64,000 nt of DNA, taken from Paramecium tetraurelia (lineage: Eukaryota). Each line of letters opens with the position of its first letter. Position 1 is the stretch's first letter. Shown one piece after another: positions 22,939-37,053 of the stretch. Position numbers and translations under genes: made by a program. The notes below the pieces were generated by a model, which made no database searches, was not told the DNA's origin, and was given only the letters and a program-made list of their open reading frames with translations. The stretch spans positions 62,001 to 126,000 of the forward strand of contig CT868108.1 of NCBI GenBank assembly GCA_000165425.1. The letters are read 5' to 3'.

Positions 22939-25900
22939 ATGAATGAAATAACAGAGTTCACTATTCTTTAATTAAAAAGTTAATTAGAAAGCTCATTAGA
23001 AAACACTGGGTCTCAATCCAAAGAAAGCTTAAAACTATTATTGTAATATAGTAAGACCCTGAGCAGTTATGCAGAATCTCAACCTAATAACAGGGCTATA
23101 ACAATTCTAAATCAAGGTAATATTCATAGTGGATTATTATTTAAGCTTTCAAAATGCTACTACCCGAAAAACCTCCAAAACTATTAAGCATTTAATTCTA
23201 ATACTGGAGATTGTTGATAATGACTGCTATTAAATTATGTAAAGCATTAGAGATTAATGGGTAGTTGCAACAAGGCTTAAATGTATTGATATAGATTGAG
23301 AACATCACCAAATAATATAATAAATCACTTGAATGGGCTTTCAACGTAGAACTGGAGTATCTGTATTATCATTTGGCCATCATCTGGCAAAAGTTATAAA
23401 ACAAAGAAAGAACTTTTTATGCTGCCAATGAATGCATTTTACTCCTAAGAAGTAATCTCAAGAATAAAGCTGAACCAAAATAAATACATATGATAGCTGA
23501 AATGCTTAAGTTATAATCATAAACAAAAAACTCAATTCACCAATAGTTGTCATACTATAATTAAATACATTTCTATCAATCCAAATATTTGGGAGACAAT
23601 CATAAAGAGACCATTAAAACCATAATGAGAATAAATCAACTTAAATCTGAAATTCAATTTGAAAAAGAAATCGAAGAATTCAGTAAAGAAGATTTTAAAA
23701 AAAAGCTACCTTTCTAAGAAGTCTCATAAATAGACTTCTATGGAGAAGAAAAATCATTCAATTTAGAGCAATAGTAATAATAATAAACTAAATAATTTGA
23801 TTCTAAGGAATATTTAAGATAGAGATTATTCTAATAATAAAGACAACTTGTTTTACATGCTAAGAATAATTCCCAATCAAAATCCTCTCTTCGAATAAGT
23901 CATTAGTCAAAGAAAAGCTTAGAAGAATTTAAAAGATTCACTGATTCCAAGATCAATTTAAAGATTAATTCTAGAACATCTAGTTCTGGAGAGAATAAAT
24001 TTTTTTACTTTTTGAATGTTAACAATTTACAGTAATTTTTATTCGAATTATTAGAGGGAGAACAAAAACTGAAACAACGCAGTATAGAACTACACAGAGT
24101 AAAAATTAAGATAGATTGACACCATAAGGAGTTCCCAGTTAGCAATTTAGATGTAAAACTAATAAATCTAATGTATCTCTTAACAATACCTAAAATTAAT
24201 AAGAATTGAATAGTGGCAAAAATATTAAGGATGATTTATTTAAAGATTTAATGACTTAAAGGCCCAAAAGTAGTATAGCTTAGTAGAGATTGGCAAAACA
24301 ATTATAAATGACTATAGGAAATTAAGTGGCAGCAAATAAGAAATCATCTTAATAAACACAATTAAGCAATTCAAAGCCTGTTGAAAAAATACTAAAAAGA
24401 CTAAACACTTAAGAATTAAATCTAAAAAAAAGAACTTTAAATTTATAATAGCCAATATAACATTCTGAAGTGAGTACTAAAAAATCGAATTAAGCTTAAG
24501 AAATAGTTTTTGGTTCTATATCCTAAAAATCAATTAATTTGATAACATCAGGAGGTATGAATATGCTAGTATTTAGATGATCATACTCAAAAAAGAAGTG
24601 ACCTAGATTAGTTTGAATATAATTTAGAGAAAATAATTATGATTTAAAGATATTTTAGATTTAAATTAAAATAATCCCAGAATTATGATATAAAAAATGA
24701 AAAAATCAATTTAAATAAATTTAGTGTTGGTATTGTTCATGAAGATGACGATAAATTAGCTGATAAGACTCCTGCTTTGAGAGGCAAATCAAAAGACTTA
24801 AAATTTGCCTATTAAAGAAGTAACACATCTTCAGTGGAATCTATTAAATTTGTGAGCAAGAGGGATAATTTTTTATAGCCATAATTATTCTAATATAAAT
24901 AAAAGGATCATTCCTTTAATAGTTAGGCAAGTAGTAAATTAATAAATCAAAAATCAGGAAGCAACAGTTAGATAAAGTAAAATTAGTAAATAATAACATA
25001 GTGAATAATCTTCAGAGTCTTTATTAGATTTTGAATAACTATATTAAAACATTGACAAAAAATGGTCTTATGAGGAGTACATTTAGGGATAATGTTTCTT
25101 TTTTTGTGATGATTAAGCTGATTAAATTATGAAGCTTTTAAAGTTTAAAGCTAAATTTCTCCATTAAAATGAGGACGAGAATCTTAGTCTTTTATGCGAA
25201 TTAGAAATAGAAAAAGGCTTTTAATCTCATATTATAATTCTCCCAATAGTTTTGTCAATGAAGAATTGGAAATTGTATGCCAAAATGAAAGGCTTATAAT
25301 TCTTTTTAAGCCTTTTAAAAGAATTTGTAGAATAGAACTTCCCAATCATACCTTAGTCATCTAAAATTCTCATCTATAAAGGCCAATACTTTGATATGCT
25401 TTTAGAACCCATAATATAATTAATATCTGTGATAATGAAGCATATTTGTATTGAAAGAAAGCTGATTGGAGTAAAGCTGTATTATACAAAGGATGTATAA
25501 ATAAAAAAGAATAGAAAAATGATTTAATAATATTATTAAAAATAGAGACAAGAACAACGATAGTATTATTTTAAGTCTTTACAATTCTTTATGAATCACT
25601 ACGATATCAGAATAAACAAAAGAGCAAATTCCATAGATCTAAACCTTAAAAGTCTAATGGGCAATGATACAGCCAAATAAAAATTAAAAGCTGCTGAAAA
25701 TGCAGTGTTATTTGCAATTAAAGCTAAAACAGCAATTGAAAGTCAACCTCCTAAACCACCTGTAATTCCTTTGATGTTATTTGATGATGATAATGCCTAA
25801 TCTCCTTAAATTCTCGAAGTATCTATGAGGGATCCTGATGTCAATAGAACGTAATTAATAAATATCATCAATCCTTAAAAAAGGAGATAATCAATTTAAG

Positions 25901-28900
25901 AATAAGAAATGAACAGGTTCAGTAATCTTTTTCAATAACATCAGAAAGTAAATCATTAAAGAAATCAGTCTAACTCGACTCCCAAAAAAACATCTGAAAG
26001 TATTTTTAAAAAGACGTTCACAATAGAAACAAACCTATTACAACAAAAAACTTTGACTCGTCCTTAAACAATAATTCAATAAGTTGATTAATCATTTTCA
26101 AGCAAATCTTAGACTTCATCCAATAATTAATCTAAAGACCATGAATTGCAACCACCTTCTATATCTCATAGTGTGTCATTAAGCCAATAGCCTGTTCCTT
26201 CATTTAAGAAAAAAAATGTAGGAAATGTGTCATAATCATACTATGGAAATACAACTAATTCAGCCTAAAATTTATTGGATACACAATAAAATTTAGTTGC
26301 AAATTAGTTATTTGATACTTAAGCTTTAGAAGTTTTAGAGTTGATTCCTGAACAGGAAAATGAGTTGGAGTAGAAAATAATTACTATATATTAAAAAGAT
26401 GATCATTTTACTGTGTCTCCTTAGTGGAAAATAAAAAGAAAGGCCACTATTCATAATTTTCAATTTGAATATTTCTGGAATTAACACAAGGTGTAAAAGA
26501 AAGTATTTTAGAAAATCTATCATAATCCTTTTAATATAAAAGAAATTTTAATGGTTGGAACATAACACATTGATAAATAGTATTTTTTGATTAGTGTGAC
26601 ATAAATATTAAAAGAATAAATTCAAATATTTAATCAATCTGTATTAAACAATAAAGATTTGGTAAAAATTGAAATAACATATCGTTTAACATATCCATAT
26701 GATAATGTATGGTAAGATAGTATAGTAATTAAATTTAAAGAATTTATAAAGTGGTTTGTACCTGATTTTGAATTAACTAGCTATATTCAACATTTTGGAT
26801 TAAGTAAAAATCAAAAGATCCAAGCTTTGTTATATTTAGGACGTTATGCACACATAAAAGAATCAAAATTAAAATTAGAGTATTATGAGGAAAAGCGAAA
26901 TAAACTTAAAATTAAATAGCAATAAAGAAGAGATATCGAGATCTCGAGAATGAAATAAATTGAAAGTATGTTAATAAGAGACAAACTGGATTTGCATTAC
27001 ATTCAAATATTAGGATTGGATAATTTATATCAAGAATTATTGAAGGAAAGAAAAATAATAGAAGAGAAAATAAAGAGAAAAGAAGAACGGCTTAGAGTCT
27101 TTCTTTAGTTAACTGATCCAAACAGTTTAGACCCTACTACTTAACAACCAAAATATATTGGATATGATTACGATGGTGATTCTGAGGAAAAAACAATTTA
27201 AGTCCCACTTAGTCTTCAAATGTAAGTTTTGAAATCGTATAATACTGTTGTCCACTTGAAATCATAAAAATAGATAATTAAAATGCCGTCTTCTTATTTA
27301 ATTTGGGAAGGGGACATTATAAAAATGTGGAGACCTTTCTAAAGAAAGATTTGGTAATAGGTTAAGATTCAAAACAGAGATAAACTCATTAATGCAATTT
27401 AATGTAAATTAAAGTTTTATATTCTGAAATAAATTATAGTAAAGACATTAAGTCTAAATGGTAAAAAATTTGTAATAAAGTAATAAAAATAGTTGATATA
27501 AAGTGATTCTGCATAAGAACTTCTTTATTAATATTTTTAATTAAAGTCATTTTCAAACTAGCAGTTTTATAAATTCTTAAGTATATTACGTGTTTAGTTG
27601 CTGTAATTAGATGATTGCTCACACTTATGGAATTCATATTTTAAACAATATAAATAATTATAACATTGTTATGTTTCTCAAATTGGGGATTGCTTATTAG
27701 AAATTGTTGTGTTAATTGATAATTTTGCATAGGTGTTAAATTAAAATCTGAATAGATATGTATTTATAAGAATCAATATTTATGAAAAGTAAAATATGAA
27801 AACAAAAATGCATAAGTTGGTCTTAACTCTTGATGATTTACATATAACATCTAAAAAATAATATGATTTATCCAATGAAAATATACCTCAAATTATTTTT
27901 GATGATGTTCAAAAATTGATGCATCAATATGTGGGATATGAAAATTAAGGTATTACAAAACACCCTACCTTAGTAATTAAGAACAGCAAATTAAATAGAA
28001 CATTTAAATTAGTAAATTCATTCCCTTGGTTGAATAATTTTAATTATGATGAATTTTAAGTAACACTTTATCCTTAAAAATTCTAATTCTATCATCCATA
28101 AGGTTTGAATCCAAAAGTAATTTGCAAAGTGGTTAAATTTTTAAAAATTCCTAAGGTTTTTTCATAGAGACATCATTCATTTTATGATAGTTATGAAAAA
28201 CAATATGATAAACCATAGGAAGATTTCACTGTTAGGGTACCAAGTATAATCACAATAGAGAAATTTTAAGAAATTTCAAGCTTTTACATTTATATTTATT
28301 TCCCTCAAATTTGCAGGAGATTTATTACAAAATTGCATTTTGATGATATCCTAATAAATTAAGATATCAATTTAAAATTAAATTTCTAATTTAAAGAACA
28401 ATTAAGAATTCATAGAAGTGAAAAATTGTGGCACAGTTTAATAGAATCATTTAAGATTGTAAGCAATGATCAAAAGAAATTAATTTTGTAAATTGAGAAA
28501 TTCAAAATTTCATGTATATTATAAGAAGTAGTTTATCAAAAGATCAAGTAAATTGAAAAGACCTAAGAATTCATTCTATTTATTGTAAATATTGAAAAAA
28601 AGATTGAATAAGATCCTGAACAAATTCTGATTCATTACTCATTTGAAAGGATGAAATTATAAGAAGCAAAGAATTATAGTATGTTTCTGAAATTGCAATG
28701 GCTTAATCAATATGATAATATATAATCCTATCGATTACCCTTATATGAATTAATGATTGGATACTTTGAAAAAACAAAAACAGGGTTTAACATGTTTGAT
28801 TATAAATTCAAACTAGTAGATTTGATAAGAATGTGTTAAATTTCAGTGGAAAATATTATCATGAACTTTTCTATGAATTAGAAAATTAATTACAATAATA

Positions 28901-29268
28901 CATTAGATCAATTGATGCCCCAACAACTTACCTATAATATTAATCAAACTATCAAATTAAATATCAACTTAAAAACCATATAGGTGGATAAATCAGTATA
29001 TAAATTACTTTACAGAGGAGTTTTATTAAGAAAACCATCCATTTTGGTAGGTATTTACTAAAAGTTAAACAAACAAAAATTGTATTTTTATATACAAAGA
29101 GCAAGAGATTGCGAATCATTTATTCATAAAATCAGATTTTAGGAGATAGAAAATATCTATCCAGGATTCTAATTGAATTTATAAGTTAATTAAAGGTCAA
29201 TAGGTCCTAATATTTTTAAAATACTGAAAAATAGATTGATTGTATAAAGTTATTACCAATTAAATTGA
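22939..29268 (+). CDS. Very large hypothetical protein (~2000 aa) with TPR-like N-terminus and an IQ-like motif
   Basis: Long open reading under the ciliate code with few tiny introns (e.g. 24977-25001); LGDNHKETIKTI (kinesin-light-chain-like TPR) near 23590; IMIQRYFRFKLK near 24640. Could be two genes. Confidence 0.6.
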
Positions 29269-29642
29269 AATACTAAATAAAAATTAAGGTTTTGAAATAT
29301 TACAATATTCTACATACAGTATATTAATAAGTTGAAATTGAATTTTTGGTAAGTAAAGTATTAATTATTACAAATTATTCTTAATTCCATCTCCTCTTAA
29401 TTAAAAAATTTTTGAAATTAAATTGATTGAATCTTCAATTTTTGAGTAAATTTCTGAGTTGAAAGACTTCAAAGTGTTATTTGGGGAAAAAAGTTAAAAA
29501 TAACAGAATCAATTTTCTTATGTTCTAAATAAAAAATAATGTTATTGAATTTTGTTTTACTTCTAATATTTTTATTTATACATGTCTATCTTGAGTTATT
29601 CTAAATGTATAAGTGATCATAATTCTGAAACTTCATATTTCT

Positions 29643-29981
29643 ATGGATTAAATGCTTTTATTTTTAGGAAAATAGTCTTACATTGAACCAATCAATGATG
29701 ATGCTACTTTTTTGAAGACTACTTTGAAGACTTTCAGAAATATTGGTCAGTGCCTTCAAATCTCAAGAGTAATTTCAAATTATTTATTGCTTTACAAAGA
29801 GCTACAAGTAGAGCTTCCCATAATTTGATGTATTCTTATGATTTTCTTATTCTGTAGGTTCTTAAATTTCGGATTTATGATATCATTTAAAAGATATTAA
29901 AGATAAGTAGAATGTTCTTAAAATAATTAGATGAAATAATTTAATTCTTGTAGTCTACCAACTTTTTAGGACAGAGTTGAT
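29643..29981 (+). CDS. Small hypothetical protein
   Basis: Open frame MDQMLLFLGKQSYIEPINDDATFLK with two plausible tiny introns; start uncertain. Confidence 0.4.
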
Positions 29982-30177
29982 TAATAAAGAAATAATTCAT
30001 TGTTTCAATGTAAGTTTTTTAATGGATATGGATTAAATGTGTTTAAATGTAATAATATAAAAAGATTTATAAATATAAAAACACTTGTGATAAAAATAGA
30101 ATCTAATAAATTTAATAATTTAACTGATATTTTTATTTGACTGTTAAAATTATTATTATTTTTATTTATCTGTCATA

Positions 30178-31633
30178 ATGGGTGCAGAATAATCTGTGGC
30201 ACACGGAATTGTTAAATCAAAGAACTTTACAATTATAGGTTATAAGGAAAATGAAATTTATGGATCTTTCAAATTAATTGATTCTCAATCAAATTAATAT
30301 GCTATGGTCTCCAAGACTTGTTAGAGTTATGAAGAATATACTAATTTATGTTAGATACTCAAAGAATCTAAGTCTCTGAATGAAATTGATCATTTAGTAA
30401 AATTAGTGGAAGTTGACACTCAAGAAGAAACAAATTTATGTAGTACATTTTATAAAGTCACTGCCTTATATGAGTATTACGATATAAGTCTAAGACAAAT
30501 CACAAAAGAGGCATCAATAAATTGTTTGTTTGTATTAAAGTGTCTGGCTGAGATACTGAGCTAATTATATGAACATAACATTGTACATGGAAATTTAACT
30601 CCAGATTATGTTTTGATTGAGAAGATAAAAGGAGAGGTCAAATTGAATAATAGTACTTAACTAACTGGATATAATCATTACAAAAGAATTTTATCAGGTG
30701 ATAGTTTATGGTATTTGTCACCTGAATTACTCACTGCTTTAGGTAAGAAGGAACTCAGACCTTAATATAATCATGAGAAGAATGAAGTTTATTAATTGGG
30801 ATTGATAGCTTTAGAGTTTTGGGGAAATTGTAATATTTCAGACATATATGATAGACAAAATTACAGAATGAATGAGAGTATGAATTGTAAATTATATGAT
30901 AGCTGTGATATAGGAATCCATAGATGAGTTTGGTGTGAGAAATGGTTATGTATTGAAAAATGTGATAAAGTAAATGTTGTAGGAAGACCCAAATGCAAGA
31001 CCAACAATGAGCGAATTGTGTTCTTCTTTTAAGCAGCTGTTTGAGATCCAAAAATAAATAGAGGAGCGAAAAGTGTAATAGTATGAAGAGTAGGGTTAAT
31101 AATACGAGTAAATCAATAACTATTAAGAAATCAACAAAGAAGCTCTTGAGATTCATGATGAGGTATTATAGTTTAATAAGGAATCATTCTAATATTAAGA
31201 AGAAGGAAAGAACAATATTCATTATGAAAACTCACCTCGAGATTAATTTGAAGAATCTCCAAGGAAAGTAGAAAAATAAAATGTTGAGTTTAATACCCAA
31301 TCAGTAAAGTAGTCAGTGAACTAATCAATAAAAGAATACTATGTAACTGGATCAATTGCTGCTTAATTTGGATAATTAAATTTACTGGAGAGCAATGCAG
31401 ACTATAAGAGTAATGGGATAACTCATTTATAAGATGATGGAGATGTGTTATAAGAAAAGTCATAAAACCATCCAACTTCGCCTAAAGGTCAAGATTCTAT
31501 CAAACCAAAAAAGAGTGTGAAGGTTAATGTAGCCTCAGCAAACAAAAAAGGAGTCTCAATAAAAAGACCTAAACATGAGGTTATGGACACTAAACTACCT
31601 AAATAGGCAGTTGTTGTGAGCAAAAAGAGATGA
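30178..31633 (+). CDS. Protein-kinase-fold protein, probable pseudokinase, N-myristoylation motif
   Basis: MGAEQS start; NIVHGNLTPDYVLI, VKLNNS, WYLSPE, KNEVYQLGL, EDPNARPT; low-complexity acidic/basic tail. Confidence 0.8.
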
Positions 31634-32286
31634 AGTACAAAACTATATTACTATAAATAATTGTCAATTTAATTTTAATCTTTAATTCTTTTTAATTTAA
31701 TGTCCAAAACTCTTTGATTTGGATTGATTTGTTTTCAGAAATAGTATTTCAATCAGACATGAAATGGTTGGTTAAAAAATAGTGTTATCTCGAATTATTA
31801 TTCCCTAAAATATTTATGAGAATTGTGTCAAAATGACTCATAATCCATGTCATTCTGAATTCATCACATATGTTGAAATAAAATTTTGATTTAGTAGTAT
31901 TCTAATTAGAATCAATAATCTAATGGGATTTAGCAACTAAATTGTAGTTAAATTAATTATGATTCTTACATAAAATCACAGGTTAAATAATATATTTTGG
32001 TATTATTTCGAAGTATATTATGATATTTATTTGATTTTAATATTAAATCAAATGGATACTTTTAATCTTGATTAGCTAAATGATATTTGTCCGCTGTTTT
32101 ATCAGACTAGAGAAAGAAATCAAAAATATAGTTATATTAAACTCATTTCTAATGAATATAAAAATGAATTTGGAAAATATAGCATACTAAAAATCTCAAA
32201 TTGAAAAGAAAAACTTTAATGATGCAGGAGAATTTTTGATGCTTTTATTGTTAAATATGATCTAAAATTTGGTTTTTTATGTATTA

Positions 32287-33171
32287 TCATTAAAATATTT
32301 TGGCAAATTCTGCTTTAAACTCTTCAGATCCTTCCTTGGTTGTGAACATTATTTTTAATGTATCAATTGATATTGATTTCTTTTCATCATTTTCCCCTTA
32401 TTTACTATCCTATTTTTCTTTTCTGCTGATAGTTTTAATAATTAAATTTTCTGCCTTCTAACCCAAGGGTTTGATCTCTGAAAATCCTTTGATGAATTAG
32501 CCTGTATACAATGATTATTAAATTGCATTTCTAAACAATAGATAGATAAAATACCTATAAACAAGGTAATAAGACTCTCCGGTTTTAGTTTTTTCAATGG
32601 CAACAGATCCCTTTTCTAGTATATCGTTTGTATTTTTTCTGAACTTTTCAACGTTTACCTTTTAATTAGCATTATTAATTACCTTTACTAATTATTCTGT
32701 GTTTGAAGTATAATTATACTTCATTACCACTTAATTTGGTTCGTCATCTTCTGGCTTTTACTCATCCTATCCTATAAATATTAATATTTAATTGGTACCA
32801 TCATCTTCTCCAGGATCACTCTCATCAGATTTAGGAGCCTTGTAACTAATACCAAACAAGGATGGTCCTGGTTTAGTTAGATCTACATTAACATTGCTTA
32901 AAAGAGAAGGTCCAGAACTGAAAATTCCAGTTGTGGGTTAGGATGACCCAAACAAACCTCCTTAAAAAATAGAGGAAGTTTAATTGTTGTTGAACAAATT
33001 TTATCCATTTATCATTGATCCAAATAAGCTTGGAGCCTTATTTTCTGACTTTTATGCTTCATTTTTCTCTTCGCTCTATTATTTAGGTTCTTAGGGTGTA
33101 TTTTTATCATCCTCTTAACCTTTATGAGACTCATCCACTTTTGTTGCAAATTCAGCGGATTATTAGGCCAT
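32287..33171 (-). CDS. FG-repeat protein with C-terminal RanBD/PH-like domain (Nup50/Nup2-like nucleoporin)
   Basis: SLFG, NLFN, GLFG, GIFS and SLFG repeats, an acidic linker, then EKGSVAIEK...VYRNAIQQSLYTG...KIMFTTKEGSEEFKAEF. Confidence 0.65.
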
Positions 33172-33209
33172 GAATAATTTAAATATTTAAATTTTTATAA
33201 ATGTGCTAT

Positions 33210-34188
33210 TAAGGAATGTGAATAAAAATATCGAAATTCTGTTCGTTGTTCATCCCATAATATTTTGATCTGAATTTAGATATTCCTCCTCATCGTAATA
33301 AATTGAAATTTAAGGGTCAGGCTAACCATATTTTTATTCTTCATTATATAAGGTATGCTGGAATTGGTTAGGATCTTAATTATTAAAAAGTAATTTCAAT
33401 TTTGATATGAATTCTATTACTCTGTTTTAATAAAAGTATATTTTTTTTTTGTAAATTTCAAAAATTTCAGCAGATGAACAATTCGTAAGGGTATACTTAT
33501 TTAGATCTTCATCTTCTTGACTTTTAATTATTTGCACCAAAAGATTTTTAAAAATCACTTAAATATCTTATAAATATTAAGTAGCTAAGAAAGTTTCAAT
33601 TTAATATGTAGCAATTTATTCAATGGTTTATTACTTATCTATCAGTTCTAAGATTTTAATCAATTCTGAGCGAAATTGTTCATCTAACAAAAAATAAAAT
33701 TTCTTAATGTATTAATACCATTATGTATTTTGAATACTCAAATATTTTTTTTAGATATATTTTTTAAGTGGTTGAGTGTTATGTCTGAAGAAAAAAACTA
33801 TTATTCTTGATTTTTTCTATTAACTTTCAGGGTATCCAAGATGTTCAACACAAAAGTTTACCAAAAATTCATAAGTAGGTTGACTATTTTTGATTTACCT
33901 CTATTTTTCCTCTTTTAACTTTCTTTTAAATTCATCTTATTCATTTTTTGAATTTCTCTTTGCTCCAGCTAAATGTATAGAAATATGTCTTCCGTTCTCA
34001 TATAAAAAAGCTAATATCATTTAAATCTATTTATCAGTACTCCAAATATTTGGGATTTAAATTAATATTGTATCTATATTAGGTGGTTTGCCAACTTCTT
34101 TTTTTATATTATCTTATTTTCTATATCTTGAATTTTTTAGACCTTCTGTTGCTTAATTCGAGTTTTTTGTTCTAGAATGCTTTACCAT
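33210..34188 (-). CDS. Hypothetical protein (3' end uncertain)
   Basis: MVKHSRTKNSNQ... long open frame; no motif recognised. Confidence 0.45.
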
Positions 34189-34458
34189 TAATTATTTGAA
34201 TGTAATTCTATTAAAAAGAATATAATAACATAGAATTCTATTCAAGAATAATAATTTGATTATTAATTTATTTTTGATTATTAGGCTAAATTTGAAAATG
34301 TGAAAGAAATATTCTGAAATAGAACATTTTATATCTTGAAGATGAAGAGAATCATAAGATATGTTATAATTGGAAATATTATAATATTTGATTTCATATA
34401 TCGATTTACATAAATAACATAGGTATTAAGTGAAGATAATCAATCAACTCAAAAGTCA

Positions 34459-35992
34459 TCAATTCTAGTTAGTTCTTTATATAAGTGATTGTTTAATTTT
34501 AATCTAAAAATCTAATTATAATATATACCTTTTTTAGATACCAAATTTCGCCATATCAAATCTAAATATAATATCGCTAATTTTGATTTCCATTTTGTCT
34601 TCTATTTTTAGTGGTTGAGGTGTTTTTTATTAAATGGAATTTAAGGGATTTTCGAATTATTATAATGACTACCAAGTTCCATTAGCAGATTGCTTTGTTC
34701 CTTCTCCATCGCATATTTCCCATTAATTTCTATTAAATTTGATTTATGTTTGCTTTCTGGAAATTGTATTCATATTAACAATGATATCGCAATCCTAAGA
34801 TCTTCCTATTTTAAATATCTGTTATTCTCCAGGTCTTGCAATGAAAATAGCCATTTATTTGATTATGGGAGTATCAAATTGGATTTTAAGAAAAGGACGA
34901 TTGCAATTTGTTAAATTATATTATTTTCTTCCCTATTTCTTTGTTGATACATAATTTTATAAACATTCTAATAAGTTAGTTTAAAATTATTTACTTTAAA
35001 ATATCTCTGATTCTTCTTTGGTTAAGCCATGTATTCTGGCTCTATCTTTGATATGTTCTCGAACAAGAGTTTAAAAAAAATATTCTGTATCCGTTTCTTA
35101 CTACTTTTTACTTTAAATTTAAGGATTAGCGCTTAACTAAACAACATGAAAGTAAAAATCAGCTCCAATTAAGTATTGATTATTTTCATTCATTATTTGT
35201 GGATCATCTTTATGAATTCTCACTAAAGTTTTCAAAGATGTACCATAATCCTGAATATAGAACTTTGGCTTTTCTCTTAAAATAACAATTCAATTTACTT
35301 GATAAATTAATGAATAAGTTTGAAAACATTTTAAGACATTTCAGCAAATTTAGAATTTAACTACTTGAGAGAAAGAAACACTAGTATCTAAGGAGTGATT
35401 CTACTTGAATATTTGAAGCCAAATTCTGTTGATATTTTGCAAGGGATATAATCATTGTTAGGGTCGGCAGAAGCTAGACCTAAATAATTATTAATTTTAT
35501 ATACCAAAATCCAAATTATTATCGTCTGATCTTGAAGTTTTCTTTCTTCTTATGATTTGGATTTCATTTTTATGTATCTAGTTTTCCCCTATGATTCTAA
35601 AAATAAATAAGAGACATTACTTGTCATCTTGAAGAATATAGGTTTTTTAATTAGACTATTGATGTTATTTGTAAACACTTATCATTAAATGTGGGGATTC
35701 CTTATCAAAATAGGGCTTTGTTGTCTATTGAGCTTAAGGGTAAACATTTAAACTATGATCCCTATTCTGAGACTAGGAGTTATCAATAAATTTTACATCA
35801 TTTTCTACAATCATTTCATTCTAATTTTAAATGATTGTTGATTGAATCACCTATGAACTTGAATTTAGTTATAACTATGAAGTGGAGAAAGCCTATGTGA
35901 AATGTTGATGATTCAAAAGGTCTAGAAATCAATAAATTCATACTGTAAAAATGACTGTTCTGTAGTTAGCTGAAGTTTAAAGTGCTGGACAT
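34459..35992 (-). CDS. FHA-domain protein
   Basis: IFKIGRSQDCDIIVNMNTISRKQTQI...WEICDG...SANGTW carries the FHA GR, SR and NGT motifs; multiple tiny introns; start approximate. Confidence 0.8.
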
Positions 35993-37053
35993 TAAGGCCC
36001 TGGTTGTTTTATTAAGAAATTTTATTTAAAAAATTAATAAAATGCCAATATTGATGCATCACAATATTTCGTTATCCAAATATATATTAAAAACTGATTC
36101 CATTAAAACCAATGCCTCATATTAAAATGACACCAACATTATTAATATACTCAAATTATGTTGGTTCTAAGATATTAAATTAAAATAAAAAAGAGAACAA
36201 TTTTTAAGCGTTTTATAGCAATAATTAATATTTTCTACAGAAACATAAATTTTATATTATTGGAAATTAATTGCTTCAAATGTATTGTTGAATATGAAAT
36301 TTTATAAACTTAATTCTAAGTTTCATTTAAATCTTCCTCATACCCTATCATACTTGAATATTCTCTAGATATTGATAATTTAATATCAATATATTTACAA
36401 TAGCACTAACGAAATTGCTATTATAAGCATCCTGCTATGCTTTCTAATAATTTATCTATTAACAATTATTAAGCCTATAAATCGTAATTTTGTACTAGCA
36501 TTTTTAATTTAAATAATCTTTCAAAAAATATATATCATACTATTGATATTATCGATGCTCTTCAATTGAGAGGCCAATCTAATAAGTTTTAGATGAATAG
36601 CCCTAAATTTTGGAGAAAGAAATTGCCTGTGTCAATATATTTACTCTAATTTATAATTTATTTATTTATCAATTAACAAAAGCTTTACCACTCAAATTTT
36701 AAAACTCTGGTGACTTCAAATGAGGCTATTTGAAAGACCAAAATGAATTGATTTAGCAGAGAAAGGTTGTTCACCAATCCATATTTGTCATTCCATATTT
36801 ATTATTTTATTTACATTATATTAAAAGTGAAATACCAGTTGATAAAGAACATACTTAGGTTTAAAATAAGACTAATATATGATTAGAGTAGAAATGATAA
36901 TTGTTTTTGTTATCAAAATGATAACCTACATGTTGATATATGTTTCTTATTTTCTTTTTTCAAATTAGAGAGTTTTTTATATGATTATATAAAAAAGTAA
37001 AGCATTAATTTTTCGATATTATAGTTATTTAATCTAATATATTGATAAAGTGA

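Noticed and set aside
26937..26948. 12-bp palindrome tcgagatctcga
   Set aside because: It is short, lies inside coding sequence and is expected by chance in 64 kb.
29582..29667. Possible non-canonical GA-AG intron (29646-29667) linking ATG 29582 to the downstream frame
   Set aside because: An in-frame ATG at 29643 explains the ORF without unusual splicing.
36294..36569. Hydrophobic open frame in an AT-rich region
   Set aside because: With a single stop codon and high AT content such I/L/F-rich frames arise by chance; there is no motif support.
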